Shown here: piece by piece, positions 38,301-48,519 of the stretch
Numbering within the stretch: the stretch's first letter is position 1
Layout: every line of letters begins with the position of its first letter
Source: Candidatus Aminicenantales bacterium
GTDB lineage: Bacteria; Acidobacteriota; Aminicenantia; Aminicenantales; UBA4085
DNA: 64,000 nt
Reading direction: 5' to 3'
Assembly: GCA_049515535.1 (NCBI GenBank)
Contig: JBEKTZ010000001.1
Location: forward strand, 1-64,000
Translations under genes and position numbers: made by a program
The notes under the pieces: generated by a model
The model's database searches: none
What the model was told of the DNA's origin: nothing
The model's input: only the letters and a program-made list of their open reading frames with translations

Positions 38301-40427
38301 CTATTTTTTCTCGAGGCCCTGGACGATTTTTTTAACGTCTTCCTGATTGGGGTTCAGCTTCAAAGAGGCCCGGTAAGCTTCCAGAGCCTGCTTGACTTGA
38401 TCGGTCCTGGCATAGGAGTTCCCCAGGGCATTGAGCAATCGCGTGTCGCTGTTGTAGATCTTATTGCCCTCCAAGAGGCTGGCGATCGCCTCAGCATACA
38501 TAGCTTTGCCCATGAGGGCCAATCCTTTGAGGACCCAGTATCCGAAGCGGGCTTTCTCATCGTCCTTGACGCTCTCGATAAGCTCCAGAGCCCGGTCGAA
38601 TTTCTGGGCTTTGATCAGGAAGTTGGCGAATTCGACGATGCCTTCTTTATAAGCGGGATTCAGCGACATGGCCTTGGCGAACGCGGCTTCGGCCTTGTCT
38701 TTGATATTGGTTCTGTCATATTGGTGGGCCAGCTCATAGTAATAATAGAATTGATTGGACAGAGCGAATCCTTTGGCTTTAATGATCGGATGAGGGATCG
38801 CCGCCTCCGGAGAGATGACGAAATGCTCGCTTTTCTCATCGATCGTTTTGCCGTCTCCTCCCTTCAGAATCAATTTGAGCTCATAATAATCCGGGCTGAA
38901 GTCTTTCGCCGAAAGACGGTGACTCAGGCTGACGATCTTTCGATAAGGGCTGCCCATGAGCTTCAAAAGGTAGCTTTTTTCAACGGGTTCTTTCGGCCGC
39001 AGGCCCTTGACGACAAGCTGGACCTCGCCCTCCCGCCACAGGTCGGGCGAAAGATTGAGGACCGACCACAGGATATCGATTTCATCAGCGGCGGCGAACG
39101 TCATCTTCGGGTCAAAGACGAGCTTCTTATCATCGAGCTTGAAAGGGATATGGATATCGCTTTGAAAGGGATCAATTTTATATCCAACAAACGGCCCGTC
39201 GATCTGCGGCTTGTCGCCGAGCTCGGCCACGCGGATATCTTTTTCATAAACGCTAAACTCTTTGCCGACAGTGTTTTGCAGGAGGACGGCCATCTGGTAA
39301 TTCCCCTCGATCACGGGAAACGTATCCTCGATGCCGATCCCGTTTTTCTGGGTTCGGTCTAATTCTTTTGTAGGGATCTCCACGGAAAAATCCTTGGTGT
39401 ACTGATAAATGACGGCGTCTCCCTTGCGCAGGCTGACCGACACTTTAAAGGCGCAATAATACTGGTCCTTGGGATCGTAGAAATCGACGGATAATTTCTG
39501 GGGGACGATCGAAAAATGGACGAACCGCATGTCGAGGACGGGATCCTGGATCAAAGTCGCGAAGCCCTGCGTTTCGATGTAGTTCGTCAGATATTCCGTG
39601 CTGACGTAGCCTTTGTAGTCGAGAAAATGAGTGGCATAGCTGGGATTGATGTCCTTTTTCGGGGATTCGAGGATGTTGGCCAGGATGATGTTGTTGCGGG
39701 GCGACGGCTGGAAATTCGCGCCGTATTCTCCGGGAATGATGGACAGGGAGAGGTCGGCCAACGTCGGGGCGATTGCAAAAATCTTATCATAGAGCTCGGA
39801 ATAATCATCGGGATCGACGTTGCGCTTGTCCTGGAGAAGGCTATAGGGGCCGTCCGAAAACGGGTCGTAGAGCTGGAAAGGGCCAGCTCCCCTTTTTTGG
39901 AAAAAAACGAGCCCGAAATGGACGGGAAGATTTTTCTGGGTGTCTCCGTAGTAATACCAGGCGACACAGGGGACGAGCCCCAGGCTACCCTCAAAAGTTT
40001 CGGTGCTCACCGGCGGGCCGAGAATCATATAGATTCTGCCCATGTCCGTCTTCCATCCCTCGAGCGTCGTCCCGCGGGCATAATGATCGTTCACATAAGC
40101 GAACCGTTTGAGGATCTCGTCCTTGTATTCATTCTCGGTAGTGCCGGGCGTCGGGTCTCTCTGTTTCCAGAATGAATCGATGAAAATGTCCCGCTCGCGG
40201 TCCGAGGTCAGCCGGAGCAAGACGTCTTTTTCGGCGGGGAGAATAAGGTAAGTCGTCATCTTCAAGAATCTTTGATATTGGGAGGCAAGAGCCGTTTCCA
40301 AGGCCTTCTGGTCGATTTTCTTTTCCTTGCGTTTCTCCGTTTTTTGGCCGGCCGTTTTTGCCTGCCCGCCCGTGAAGATCAGGCTCAAGAAGATCACAGA
40401 GAGAAGCCAAAGGCGTCTTCTTTTCAT
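38301..40427 (-). CDS. GWxTD-domain protein with C-terminal TPRs
   Basis: FW.QRDPTPGT.ENE, GWKTDMGRIY.ILGPP; TPR repeats. Confidence 0.9.
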   Translation of the reverse strand: MKRRRLWLLSVIFLSLIFTGGQAKTAGQKTEKRKEKKIDQKALETALASQYQRFLKMTTYLILPAEKDVLLRLTSDRERDIFIDSFWKQRDPTPGTTENEYKDEILKRFAYVNDHYARGTTLEGWKTDMGRIYMILGPPVSTETFEGSLGLVPCVAWYYYGDTQKNLPVHFGLVFFQKRGAGPFQLYDPFSDGPYSLLQDKRNVDPDDYSELYDKIFAIAPTLADLSLSIIPGEYGANFQPSPRNNIILANILESPKKDINPSYATHFLDYKGYVSTEYLTNYIETQGFATLIQDPVLDMRFVHFSIVPQKLSVDFYDPKDQYYCAFKVSVSLRKGDAVIYQYTKDFSVEIPTKELDRTQKNGIGIEDTFPVIEGNYQMAVLLQNTVGKEFSVYEKDIRVAELGDKPQIDGPFVGYKIDPFQSDIHIPFKLDDKKLVFDPKMTFAAADEIDILWSVLNLSPDLWREGEVQLVVKGLRPKEPVEKSYLLKLMGSPYRKIVSLSHRLSAKDFSPDYYELKLILKGGDGKTIDEKSEHFVISPEAAIPHPIIKAKGFALSNQFYYYYELAHQYDRTNIKDKAEAAFAKAMSLNPAYKEGIVEFANFLIKAQKFDRALELIESVKDDEKARFGYWVLKGLALMGKAMYAEAIASLLEGNKIYNSDTRLLNALGNSYARTDQVKQALEAYRASLKLNPNQEDVKKIVQGLEKK

Positions 40428-40565
40428 CGTATTCCTCTATACCGCGACGTCCGAAAAAACGTTGCGTCACTATTATAGCATCTTCATTCGGCGGGATAAA
40501 CGAGATCCCTCGCGCCGGCATCGCTCCATACACCTTGGTCCGCTTGCCGGAGGCGAACTCCCCTC

Positions 40566-40605
40566 AAAAAAAAGCCCGTCCCGGCGTTCGGCCGGGACGG
40601 GCTTT
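40566..40605 (-). terminator. Intrinsic terminator of the TonB-dependent receptor gene
   Basis: AAAGCCCGTCCCGGC-N5-GCCGGGACGGGCTTT stem with a poly-T tail on the minus strand. Confidence 0.85.
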
Positions 40606-40625
40606 CGTGCGTCAGCTAGTACTGC

Positions 40626-43600
40626 TCAGAACTCGAATCGGGCACCAAACCTGATGACCCTGGGGTTGAGGACTTCGTTCAGGGTGCCGTTGTAGGGGTA
40701 CGTATAGCTGCCATACTGCTGGGTGACTCCGTTCACGGTGCGAAGGTAGACGTCACCGCTGTACTTGGAATACGAGCGGATGGGCATGTTGGAGTTGAGC
40801 ACGTTGAAGAAGTCGGCCATGAGATAGAGGCGGCCGGCGTTTCCGACGTTGATGAGTTTCTCGATCCGGAAGCTGAGGTCGTAGAACGTCGGCAGGGAGT
40901 CACTAACGTCGTTCTGCGTGTAGACGATCGTGGTATGGCCCGCGGCGTAATTGGGAGCGTCGTAGTTGTCGATGTAGAAGTAGTTGGGGATTTTCCAGCC
41001 TTCGCGGGCGTTGAACGTCCCGGAGACGTTAAAGCCCCAGGGCAGTTGGTAGAGGCCGCTGAATTTGGCCATCCAGCGCGTGTACATCAGGACGGCAACC
41101 TTGCCGCTGGCACCACCGCCCCAGTCGCCGTAGGGCTGGCCGTCTTGGCACCACTGGTTGGTGGCGTTGAAGAAATCGGAGCCCCAGTTAGTGTCCTGGC
41201 CCTGCAAGGTGAAGGAGGCGTTCATGAACCACTTGTGGGATAGTCTCTTGTTCAGAACGAGGTCGACGCCGCGGTAGGTGTTGTATCTGTCGGACTTCCG
41301 GATCAAGGTGTAACGCGTGGTCGTGGTCGGCATGTTCGGCCCGGGCAGGTAGTATGGCCGGCCGGCCGCGGCGCCCGAGGAGTATTTTGTGCCGCCCGAG
41401 TTGACCCAGTTTCCTGAGGCGTCCTGCGACCATGTCCCGCCGATGATGTAAGTGCTGGGGATTGTCCCGGCTTGGACATACCAGCCGCCCGCCGGGGGCG
41501 TCCGCGGGTCGATGACCTCAGGGCCGGTGTAGTTGGGGTATTCGCTCTGGTGCGCCTTCGGGTAGTAGCTCAGCCCGACCTGTTCATTGTCGTAGCGTCT
41601 GTAGGTGAAGTCGATGGAGGCGGAAAAGTCCGGGAGGAATTCCCGCTCGAGGGTCAGCAGGAGTTCGCGGGTTCGGCTGGAGGATTGGGCGGCCTTGTCT
41701 AAGAAGTAGGTCGTGATGCCATACTTGTAGTCAGGCGGAGCGTTTGGGTTGAGGAAGTCGTAGCCCGAGAACTGGCCGCCATAGAAGGCGTCGCTGTTGG
41801 AATAACCCCCGTCAGAGGTGGCATTCGCCAGGGCCGTATTGGTGAGGTTGCCCGCATCGTCGTAGACGCGATAGGGGACGTACCGCGTGCCGATGGCCAT
41901 ACGGCTCGAATAGGCCCAGTACATCTCGTTGAAGGTCATCTTATTGTCGGCGTTCGCGTCCAACCACCAGTAGTTGATCTGGCCGCCGGTGCCGTAAGGC
42001 GCGGCCTGATACCAGCCGACGCCCATGATGTCGCCGTACTGGGAGGCGGCCAGCTTGGCCACGGTCTTGCCGTCGCCGAAGATGTCCCAGGTCAGACCGG
42101 CGCGCGGGGAGAAGGTGTTCCACTGGTAGGTTCGGCTTCCGCCGTTGACGATCTGGTCAATTCCCTTGACGGAGTTGATCGAGATAGCGGGCAGCTCGGT
42201 TTTCAGAACGGCGGAGACCGACGGGTCAAAGACGGCGTCCCATGCAGGGGTGCCGCTGATGACCGCGTCGCGGGTATATGCGCCCGCGCTGGGCCACTGC
42301 TTGTCGAACCTCAGGCCGAGTTGGAGCGTGAATTTGCCCTTGGTGATCGTGTCCTGGATGTAGGCGGCCCACTGATCGGCGAGGTCATCGCTGCCGGAGC
42401 GGCGATAAAGCGAGACCCGCTGCCACCCGGCCATCTCGGCTACCGTCCGCGTGCCGTCGGCGTTGGCGTCGAGTTGGATGCTCGAGTACGCTCTATTTAT
42501 GTTAAAACCCTGGATGTTGCCGGTATCGTCCGACGCGGTTTGCTGGACCTTGTGAGAAAATTCCGCGCCGACCTTGATTTCGTGAGACAGCCCGAACAAC
42601 GAGTCGTTGAAGTAGCTGGCCTGGATCTGGGCGTTGTTCCGCGGACGGGACACGCCGTAGGAGGCCCAACTGGTGTTCATGCCAGACTTGTAGGGGACGT
42701 ACTTCGCCAGGGTATTGTCGTATACGATGGGGTACTGCACAAGTTCGTCCGGCACCGGCCGCCACTTGAAACCGGCGTCGTTGAAGGAATATTTCGCGGA
42801 CAGGAAGAAGTCGTTGCCGAAGACGTGTTCGTCCTGCAGCTTGACGATCGGGCTGCCCCAGTGGTACTTGCCCGTCTGGTGGTTGCCCTCGACCGCTGCC
42901 TGGTTCGAATCTCTTCCGTACTTTTCTTTCGCGCCCGAGGTAATCAGGGCTTCGAAGCGGTTGTTGGCCAGGAGCTGGGCGTTGATCTTGAAATTGAGGT
43001 TGTTGAGCAGCGACGTGTCCTTGGCCCCGACGATGGTGTAGACGAAAATGTCCTGGACGCCGTAAGCGCCCCACCACCACACCTTATCCTTGAGGATCGG
43101 GCCGCCGACGTTGAAGCCGAAGTCCTTGACATACTCGATCTTGTTGGTGTTGGCGACGCCCTGGGCCTTGAGGCCAGCCGTCAGGTTGTCGGCCTGGAAG
43201 TATTTGTCGGTCAGATAAAAGCGGCCGGCCAGGCTCGTCCTGTTGCCGCCGCGGCGGGTGACCATGTTCAGGGCAATACCGGCCGTCTGAATGGTTACGT
43301 CGGCCGCGCCGCCCGTCTGGATTTGCAGCTCTTCGAACATGTCGAAGTCATAGTACCCAGCGGAGCCGCCGAGGGCCGCCGGGTCCGAGATGTCGATGCC
43401 GTCGAGCGCCCAGATGTTGTTCGCGTTCTGGTTGCCCGAAATCCGGGCGCCGATCGAGTCGCCCTTGGCGATGAAGTCCGACTGCTGGCCGGACTCATTG
43501 CCGCCGACGTTCTCACGGTCCATCATGACGGCGGGAACCAACTGCAGGATGACCCAGGGATCGCGGGCCGAGGGCAGCGACTGCATGGCTTCCTTGCCGA

Positions 43601-44003
43601 CGTTCGCCCCGACCGTCGTCTTTTTGACGTCGACGACCGGCGTCACGGCCACGACGGTCACCTGCTCTTCGATCGTCCCGATCTCCAGCGCCAGGTCGAT
43701 TTCGACGTTCGCACCGATGACGATGATGATCCCGGTCTTTTGGGCTTTTTTGAAACCCGTCAGTTCGGCCGTTAACTGGTAGTCCTCGGCCGGAGAAAGG
43801 GACGGGAATCTGAACATGCCCTGCGCGCTCGTGATCGTCGTCAGAGGAGCGAGGATGTTCGAGGAGAGTTTTACGGTGACGCCCGGGAGAGGAGTCTTTT
43901 CTGAGTCCGTGACTTTTCCATAGATAGTTCCTGTTCTTACCTGTGCCGCAGCAAAGGAAACCGTCAGCAGCAGCACGGCAAGAACGATTAAGCTTCTTTT
44001 CAC
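40626..44003 (-). CDS. TonB-dependent receptor, Oar-like, with N-terminal carboxypeptidase-regulatory domain
   Basis: GTG start after GGAGG; LPGVTV, EQVTV, plug region (LPSARD, DGID), SPRAGLTWD, C-terminal PRVIRFGARFEF. Confidence 0.92.
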   Translation of the reverse strand: MKRSLIVLAVLLLTVSFAAAQVRTGTIYGKVTDSEKTPLPGVTVKLSSNILAPLTTITSAQGMFRFPSLSPAEDYQLTAELTGFKKAQKTGIIIVIGANVEIDLALEIGTIEEQVTVVAVTPVVDVKKTTVGANVGKEAMQSLPSARDPWVILQLVPAVMMDRENVGGNESGQQSDFIAKGDSIGARISGNQNANNIWALDGIDISDPAALGGSAGYYDFDMFEELQIQTGGAADVTIQTAGIALNMVTRRGGNRTSLAGRFYLTDKYFQADNLTAGLKAQGVANTNKIEYVKDFGFNVGGPILKDKVWWWGAYGVQDIFVYTIVGAKDTSLLNNLNFKINAQLLANNRFEALITSGAKEKYGRDSNQAAVEGNHQTGKYHWGSPIVKLQDEHVFGNDFFLSAKYSFNDAGFKWRPVPDELVQYPIVYDNTLAKYVPYKSGMNTSWASYGVSRPRNNAQIQASYFNDSLFGLSHEIKVGAEFSHKVQQTASDDTGNIQGFNINRAYSSIQLDANADGTRTVAEMAGWQRVSLYRRSGSDDLADQWAAYIQDTITKGKFTLQLGLRFDKQWPSAGAYTRDAVISGTPAWDAVFDPSVSAVLKTELPAISINSVKGIDQIVNGGSRTYQWNTFSPRAGLTWDIFGDGKTVAKLAASQYGDIMGVGWYQAAPYGTGGQINYWWLDANADNKMTFNEMYWAYSSRMAIGTRYVPYRVYDDAGNLTNTALANATSDGGYSNSDAFYGGQFSGYDFLNPNAPPDYKYGITTYFLDKAAQSSSRTRELLLTLEREFLPDFSASIDFTYRRYDNEQVGLSYYPKAHQSEYPNYTGPEVIDPRTPPAGGWYVQAGTIPSTYIIGGTWSQDASGNWVNSGGTKYSSGAAAGRPYYLPGPNMPTTTTRYTLIRKSDRYNTYRGVDLVLNKRLSHKWFMNASFTLQGQDTNWGSDFFNATNQWCQDGQPYGDWGGGASGKVAVLMYTRWMAKFSGLYQLPWGFNVSGTFNAREGWKIPNYFYIDNYDAPNYAAGHTTIVYTQNDVSDSLPTFYDLSFRIEKLINVGNAGRLYLMADFFNVLNSNMPIRSYSKYSGDVYLRTVNGVTQQYGSYTYPYNGTLNEVLNPRVIRFGARFEF

Positions 44004-44196
44004 TTTCCCTCCTTTTTCGGATGAAAAAAATGTTTGCGTTTTTCCCCGGAGCAATGAATCACTCCGACCATTCCTAACAAACAAATTTTTTTGTGATTCT
44101 CACCCCCTCTTTTAAAGTACCGCCGCAAATCCCCGGACGTAAGTCCAGGGTTTGGGTTCAATAATTTTTTTACGTATCTGCATCCTTTTTAATTAA

Positions 44197-44212
44197 AGCA
44201 AGTTATATGCCA
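44197..44212 (-). promoter_or_regulatory. sigma54 (-24/-12) promoter of the TBDR
   Basis: TGGCATATAACTTGCT, which has GG-N10-GC and is close to the TGGCAC-N5-TTGCW consensus. Confidence 0.75.
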
Positions 44213-44250
44213 ATTGAAATTTTCTTCGGCGGCATATTTAATTGCATTAA

Positions 44251-44263
44251 AATCAATAAATTA
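44251..44263 (+). promoter_or_regulatory. IHF-binding site
   Basis: AATCAATAAATTA is an exact WATCAANNNNTTR match, lying between the sigma54 site and the putative enhancer. Confidence 0.6.
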
Positions 44264-44341
44264 AAATAGTACCTTGCCTATTTTTTGAAGCAGGAAATTC
44301 AATTATTTGGATTTTATTCAAAACATTGGATAAAAAATATT

Positions 44342-44385
44342 AGGTACACTTACCGTATGTGTACCTCAATAATGTACCTCAATAA
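44342..44385. promoter_or_regulatory. Putative enhancer (bEBP upstream activating sequence)
   Basis: Inverted repeat AGGTACAC-N9-GTGTACCT plus tandem TGTACCTCAATAA x2. Confidence 0.5.
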
Positions 44386-45605
44386 ATATATCCCTGTCTA
44401 TTGACGACAGTATAATCTCTATCTTTAATCCTTATTTTTATGCTCCGGAACGACCCGTCTTTGACCTCGGCGAAAGGCGTGAAATAGAGCAGGTAATATT
44501 TGTTCAAGGTTTCGAGCGCGCTCTTGATTCCGGCGGCGGGGTTCTGAGACGTATCGACAATCCCGCCCGTCGCCTGGGCGACCGCAGAAAACGCCTTGAA
44601 GATATCTTCCGACTGTTCGCGCATGACGATCTTGGCAAGCTGTTCGGGCGCTTTGTTCATGAAGATGAGGCTGAAATGCGCCGAAGAATCGGCAAAGCTT
44701 TCCCTCACTCTTTGGGTATTCTGGGAGATGTTCCGGGAATAGGACATGAAGAGCTCCTGGATCCCGTCGAGGACGTGCGGCGAGTCTTGATAGAGACCCA
44801 TGATCTGTTGGATGACCGCCGGACTGATCTCCGGCCGGTATTCCCGCTGATAGATGAAGAAGACGAACTTCTGTCCGCTCTGATTTTTGAGGGCCTGGGC
44901 GAACAGAATGAATTTGTCGATATCGATCCGGCGCAAAGCTTCCATCTTGGCCAGGATCTCCTTATAGCGGGGCAGCAGCATTTCCAGGCCGATTTCCTCT
45001 GTCTCCGTGTCGGTCTCAAACCCACCCATAGGATTCGCTCCCCCGATGGCCCGGACATGTCTTTTCAACTCGTTCAAAAGGCTATTGTAAGCCAGGCTTC
45101 CCTGGACGATATCCTTCTTGACGAGGTTCGTCATCTCCTCGGCCAGGACATTTTTGGATTTGTTGGCGAAGGCCGCGGGAGAAAGTTTGTAATTTCTCAT
45201 CGGGGTTTGGATCTCCAGAGAGTCGCCGGGCAGGAGTTCCTGGTCGAAAAGATAACGGATCGCCTCGGTCAGCTTGGGATGGTATTCGAACAGCTGAAAT
45301 AAAAGATAAAATTTACGGTTGACATCGGGCCGCTTATCTTGGTCGGCTTCCCGCCTTTCGATGGCGTTTTTATCGACGAAATAAAGAGCTTCGACGGGCC
45401 TGGGGATCCCGTCTTCTAAAATTTCAAAATCCTTGAGCGCGAGGCCGGTCACGGGCTGTTTTCCGTCAAAGACACGGACGGCGACCGGAATCGCGGCGGC
45501 GCCGGGTCCGGGCTTCTCGGCCGTCTGTTGTTTCGCTGAAAACAGAAGATTCGCCAGAACGAGAAAGATCAAGGTCATGCTCAGGAACGGGACATTTCTT
45601 TTCAT
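44379..45605 (-). CDS. VWA-related secreted protein (acidobacterial VWFA-like)
   Basis: V.V.D...PVTGL...DFEILEDG, A.ATGG, YYLLY.TP...DG.FR.I.I, C-terminal R.GY; MIDAS motif not evident. Confidence 0.7.
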   Translation of the reverse strand: MKRNVPFLSMTLIFLVLANLLFSAKQQTAEKPGPGAAAIPVAVRVFDGKQPVTGLALKDFEILEDGIPRPVEALYFVDKNAIERREADQDKRPDVNRKFYLLFQLFEYHPKLTEAIRYLFDQELLPGDSLEIQTPMRNYKLSPAAFANKSKNVLAEEMTNLVKKDIVQGSLAYNSLLNELKRHVRAIGGANPMGGFETDTETEEIGLEMLLPRYKEILAKMEALRRIDIDKFILFAQALKNQSGQKFVFFIYQREYRPEISPAVIQQIMGLYQDSPHVLDGIQELFMSYSRNISQNTQRVRESFADSSAHFSLIFMNKAPEQLAKIVMREQSEDIFKAFSAVAQATGGIVDTSQNPAAGIKSALETLNKYYLLYFTPFAEVKDGSFRSIKIRIKDRDYTVVNRQGYIY

Positions 45606-45721
45606 ATCGCTTCTCATACGCTTAGCTCTGCATCCGCAGACGATCATCATACACTCGTCCGGAATCCCTGTCAATTTGGAGAGGGATCCCGAAATTGCCG
45701 ATAGGTCCCAACCTTCTCTGG

Positions 45722-45850
45722 GAGATCAAGCTCTCCCAGCCGAACGTCTCCCAGCATCTCCAGGTCCTGAAGAAAGCGGGAATCATCATCGGAACCCGGC
45801 AGAAGACCCGGATCTGCTACCGGATCTCCGACGGGCGCGTTCAAAAAACG
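45722..45850 (+). pseudogene. ArsR/SmtB HTH regulator fragment
   Basis: LSQPNVSQHLQVLKKAGII...R.......YRI; N-terminus missing. Confidence 0.7.
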
Positions 45851-45854
45851 CCTC

Positions 45855-45950
45855 ATGACCGAGATCGTTCCGGCGAACGAGTTCACCAAAGCCGAAGAAT
45901 ACCACCAGAAGTATTATGAAAAGAACAAAATAAAGTCCTGCGGGTTCTGA
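45855..45950 (+). pseudogene. msrA: Methionine sulfoxide reductase MsrA C-terminal fragment
   Basis: MTEIVPANEFTKAEEYHQKYYEKNKIKSCGF* carries the AEEYHQ.Y signature; the catalytic GCFW region is absent. Confidence 0.75.
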
Positions 45951-46228
45951 CCCTCGAAGATTTTTCGGGAAAATTTCGGGAATGGGTTGGATGCCACCGA
46001 AAGTATCGATTCTAATCCCAGAAGTGATTGATATTATTATTTTTACGTGATTTTTTCGCTCTCGCCGGCCATTTTCGGTTCATCGGCTTGACGCCTCGCC
46101 CATTTCCCCGATAAATTTTTATATTTATATTATTATCAATTAATTACAAAGAATTTGGCGTTCTTTTCGCCCCCCAGACCATTGCATCGACGGTCCGTTT
46201 CTGTTAGCGTAATGAGTTTCTAAAGCCC

Positions 46229-47179
46229 ATGTCCGATAAAACGCTCCAGAAAGTCGGCTTCATCGCCCCGTCCACGTGTCTGCCCCGCAACGCCAAGAGT
46301 ACGCTTAACCGGACGGCCAGCCTCATCAAGCGGGGTCTAGGCGTCAAGGAGATCTATTACAGCCCGTTCCTCTTCTCCATGGACGAACAGATCGACCATG
46401 TGACGGCCTCGGCGGACGAACGGTCCGAGGACTTCAAGACGGTCATCCGCGACTACGACTTGATCGTTTCCGTGGCGGGCGGAACGGGGGCCGAAGATCT
46501 GGCTTTCAAGATCGACAAGATCGACTACCGGGTCATCCGGAACCGCCGGCCGATCTTCATCGGGTTTTCGGACTTCACCTTTCTCCTGAGCGAGATTTAT
46601 CACCACGCCCGCGTTCCGGTCGTCTACTTTCCGACGCTCAAGCTGAGCAAGGGCAACTCCAGGAAAATTTTCCCTCTCATCCTGGGCGAGGACATCCATT
46701 ACCAGGGCCAGCGCTGGCTTACGCCGCCTCCGGCGCGGCGCATCTCCGGCATTCCCATCGGGGGGAACCTCACCACCTTCGTGAACTTCCTGAACCGCGA
46801 GAAACCGCCCAAATTCAGTTGGAGGCGGCATATCCTCTTCTTCGAGGACATCCAGATCGACGTTGAGGACCTGCACCGGCTGCTGGCGGCCTTACGGCGC
46901 CACAACGTCCTCGGAAAGATCCGGGGGATCGTCATCGGCTCGATGGCCCAATACCCCAAGAACCACAACTATCAGAAAAACCAGCGGGAAGCGCTAAAAT
47001 TCATCCTCACTTATCTGCGAGATGTCATCCGCATCCGGAGAAAACAGGGTTATCCCCTGCCGATCCTGTCCGTCTCGAACTTCGGCCATAACATCACGCG
47101 CGACTTGATGGCCGTTCCGATGGGAGGCAAGGTGACGATTTCCAAAAACAAGAAGATCACCTTCCGCCTGGGCAAATAG
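46229..47179 (+). CDS. S66 LD-carboxypeptidase family
   Basis: IAPS, GG.G, IGFSD, GGNL, LFFED and FGH triad motifs. Confidence 0.82.
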   Translation: MSDKTLQKVGFIAPSTCLPRNAKSTLNRTASLIKRGLGVKEIYYSPFLFSMDEQIDHVTASADERSEDFKTVIRDYDLIVSVAGGTGAEDLAFKIDKIDYRVIRNRRPIFIGFSDFTFLLSEIYHHARVPVVYFPTLKLSKGNSRKIFPLILGEDIHYQGQRWLTPPPARRISGIPIGGNLTTFVNFLNREKPPKFSWRRHILFFEDIQIDVEDLHRLLAALRRHNVLGKIRGIVIGSMAQYPKNHNYQKNQREALKFILTYLRDVIRIRRKQGYPLPILSVSNFGHNITRDLMAVPMGGKVTISKNKKITFRLGK

Positions 47180-47231
47180 GAAATAAAACAGCATTCTTGA
47201 TTCCCGGCCGCTCACGGGGCCGGGCCGCGCG

Positions 47232-48458
47232 TTATGACTCTTCTTCTTTTTCCTTGATCGGCGAGAGGGTCACCGTGAGCTTGTTCTCGACGGCGATATA
47301 GGGCCGCACGCGCTCGAGAAGGGCGTCCTCCCACTTTTTCTCTTTGATCGCCCGGACGAGAGCGAAAGGATCGAGCCCGGAAACTTCGTCCCAGTGTCCC
47401 GCCTCGCGCAGAATCTTCTCGAGGTCCGCCCGCTCCGCCGTTCCCTTGCTTGGCGCCGATATCTGGGACCTGTCCGATATTTTCAATACGTGACCGCTGC
47501 CCTTGAGGACCCGCGCCCCTTCCCGCCGCGAATAAGCGACGGCCGCCTCTTTGATCTTCTCCATCTTTTCTTCGACCGCTTCGATCTCGTCCTTGAGCCT
47601 TTTTTTCTCCAGATCGAGCGCCGCGTAGGAATTCACCAGCTTCACGCCGTCGTCATTCAGAAACTCGTTGGCCGGAAGCTCTTCGACCTTTGCCAGGTGT
47701 CTCTTCAACGGACAATGGGCCCAGAACGGGCACCAATCGCACAGGGCGCTTTCATGCGGCTCAAATCCGTCGGGCGGAGTGCTTTCGATCGCGTCGATCA
47801 GCCGGATCGTGTCCGTTTTCACCCGCTCAAGCTCTTCCCCCGTCCGGCTCGACGTCATCTCCTTGTCGAAGGCGACGAAATGCCAGATGAGCCTGACCGC
47901 GCGCGCGTCCCTCCATGCGCTCTCCACCCCGATCTGGTAAAGCGCCAACTGACGGTCCCCATCGAGCTTTTTCTGCTCGGGCAGGCCGCTTGACGTCTTG
48001 TAATCGTGGATCTCGTAAGCGCCGTCTTCCGCCTGGGCCAGGCGATCGATATAGCCCATCAGCCGGTAGCGGCCCGTTCCATCGAGGTCGATGTCGATCT
48101 TCCTTTCGAGGCCGAGCACCCGGCTCTGGGTGAAGGGATAATAACGCTTATAGTAATGCTCGATGAACGTCCGGCCTTTCGCCCGGTAATCGTCGGCCGT
48201 CCAGCGGTCGTGGTTGATCACGACGCCGTCGTGGTATTCCTTCACCCAGCGGTCCTCGAAATCAGCGAGCAATTCTTCGAGGGAATGCGTCTTGACCGGC
48301 AGGTCCTCATAAAGCGTTTCCATGACGTCGTGAAACCGGGATCCGAGAAACGCCTCGATCGATTCCGTGTCTCTGGCGATCCGGTCGATGTACGTCAGCT
48401 TGTACTTCAAACGACAGTCCTCGAACGCGCTCAAACGCGAATGAGAATAAACGGGCAT
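47232..48458 (-). CDS. PD-(D/E)XK RecB-family / Cas4-like nuclease with Fe-S cysteines
   Basis: SHSRL..F..C, GYIDRL, IHDYKT, QLALY, CDWCPFWAHC. Confidence 0.88.
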   Translation of the reverse strand: MPVYSHSRLSAFEDCRLKYKLTYIDRIARDTESIEAFLGSRFHDVMETLYEDLPVKTHSLEELLADFEDRWVKEYHDGVVINHDRWTADDYRAKGRTFIEHYYKRYYPFTQSRVLGLERKIDIDLDGTGRYRLMGYIDRLAQAEDGAYEIHDYKTSSGLPEQKKLDGDRQLALYQIGVESAWRDARAVRLIWHFVAFDKEMTSSRTGEELERVKTDTIRLIDAIESTPPDGFEPHESALCDWCPFWAHCPLKRHLAKVEELPANEFLNDDGVKLVNSYAALDLEKKRLKDEIEAVEEKMEKIKEAAVAYSRREGARVLKGSGHVLKISDRSQISAPSKGTAERADLEKILREAGHWDEVSGLDPFALVRAIKEKKWEDALLERVRPYIAVENKLTVTLSPIKEKEEES

Positions 48459-48519
48459 GGGGATCAGCTCCTCATGAAAGATGCGGCCGATGAAATCCGG
48501 CCTCTTGGCTCGTTCCGCC

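Noticed and set aside
46134..46171. IHF match plus GG-N10-GC upstream of the LD-carboxypeptidase
   Set aside because: The sigma54 match is weak (TGGCGT...TCGC) and no enhancer palindrome was seen; not enough support.
47232..48458. Assignment as CRISPR-associated cas4
   Set aside because: No cas1/cas2 or array in the window, and it is much longer than typical Cas4; treated as a solo RecB-family nuclease.
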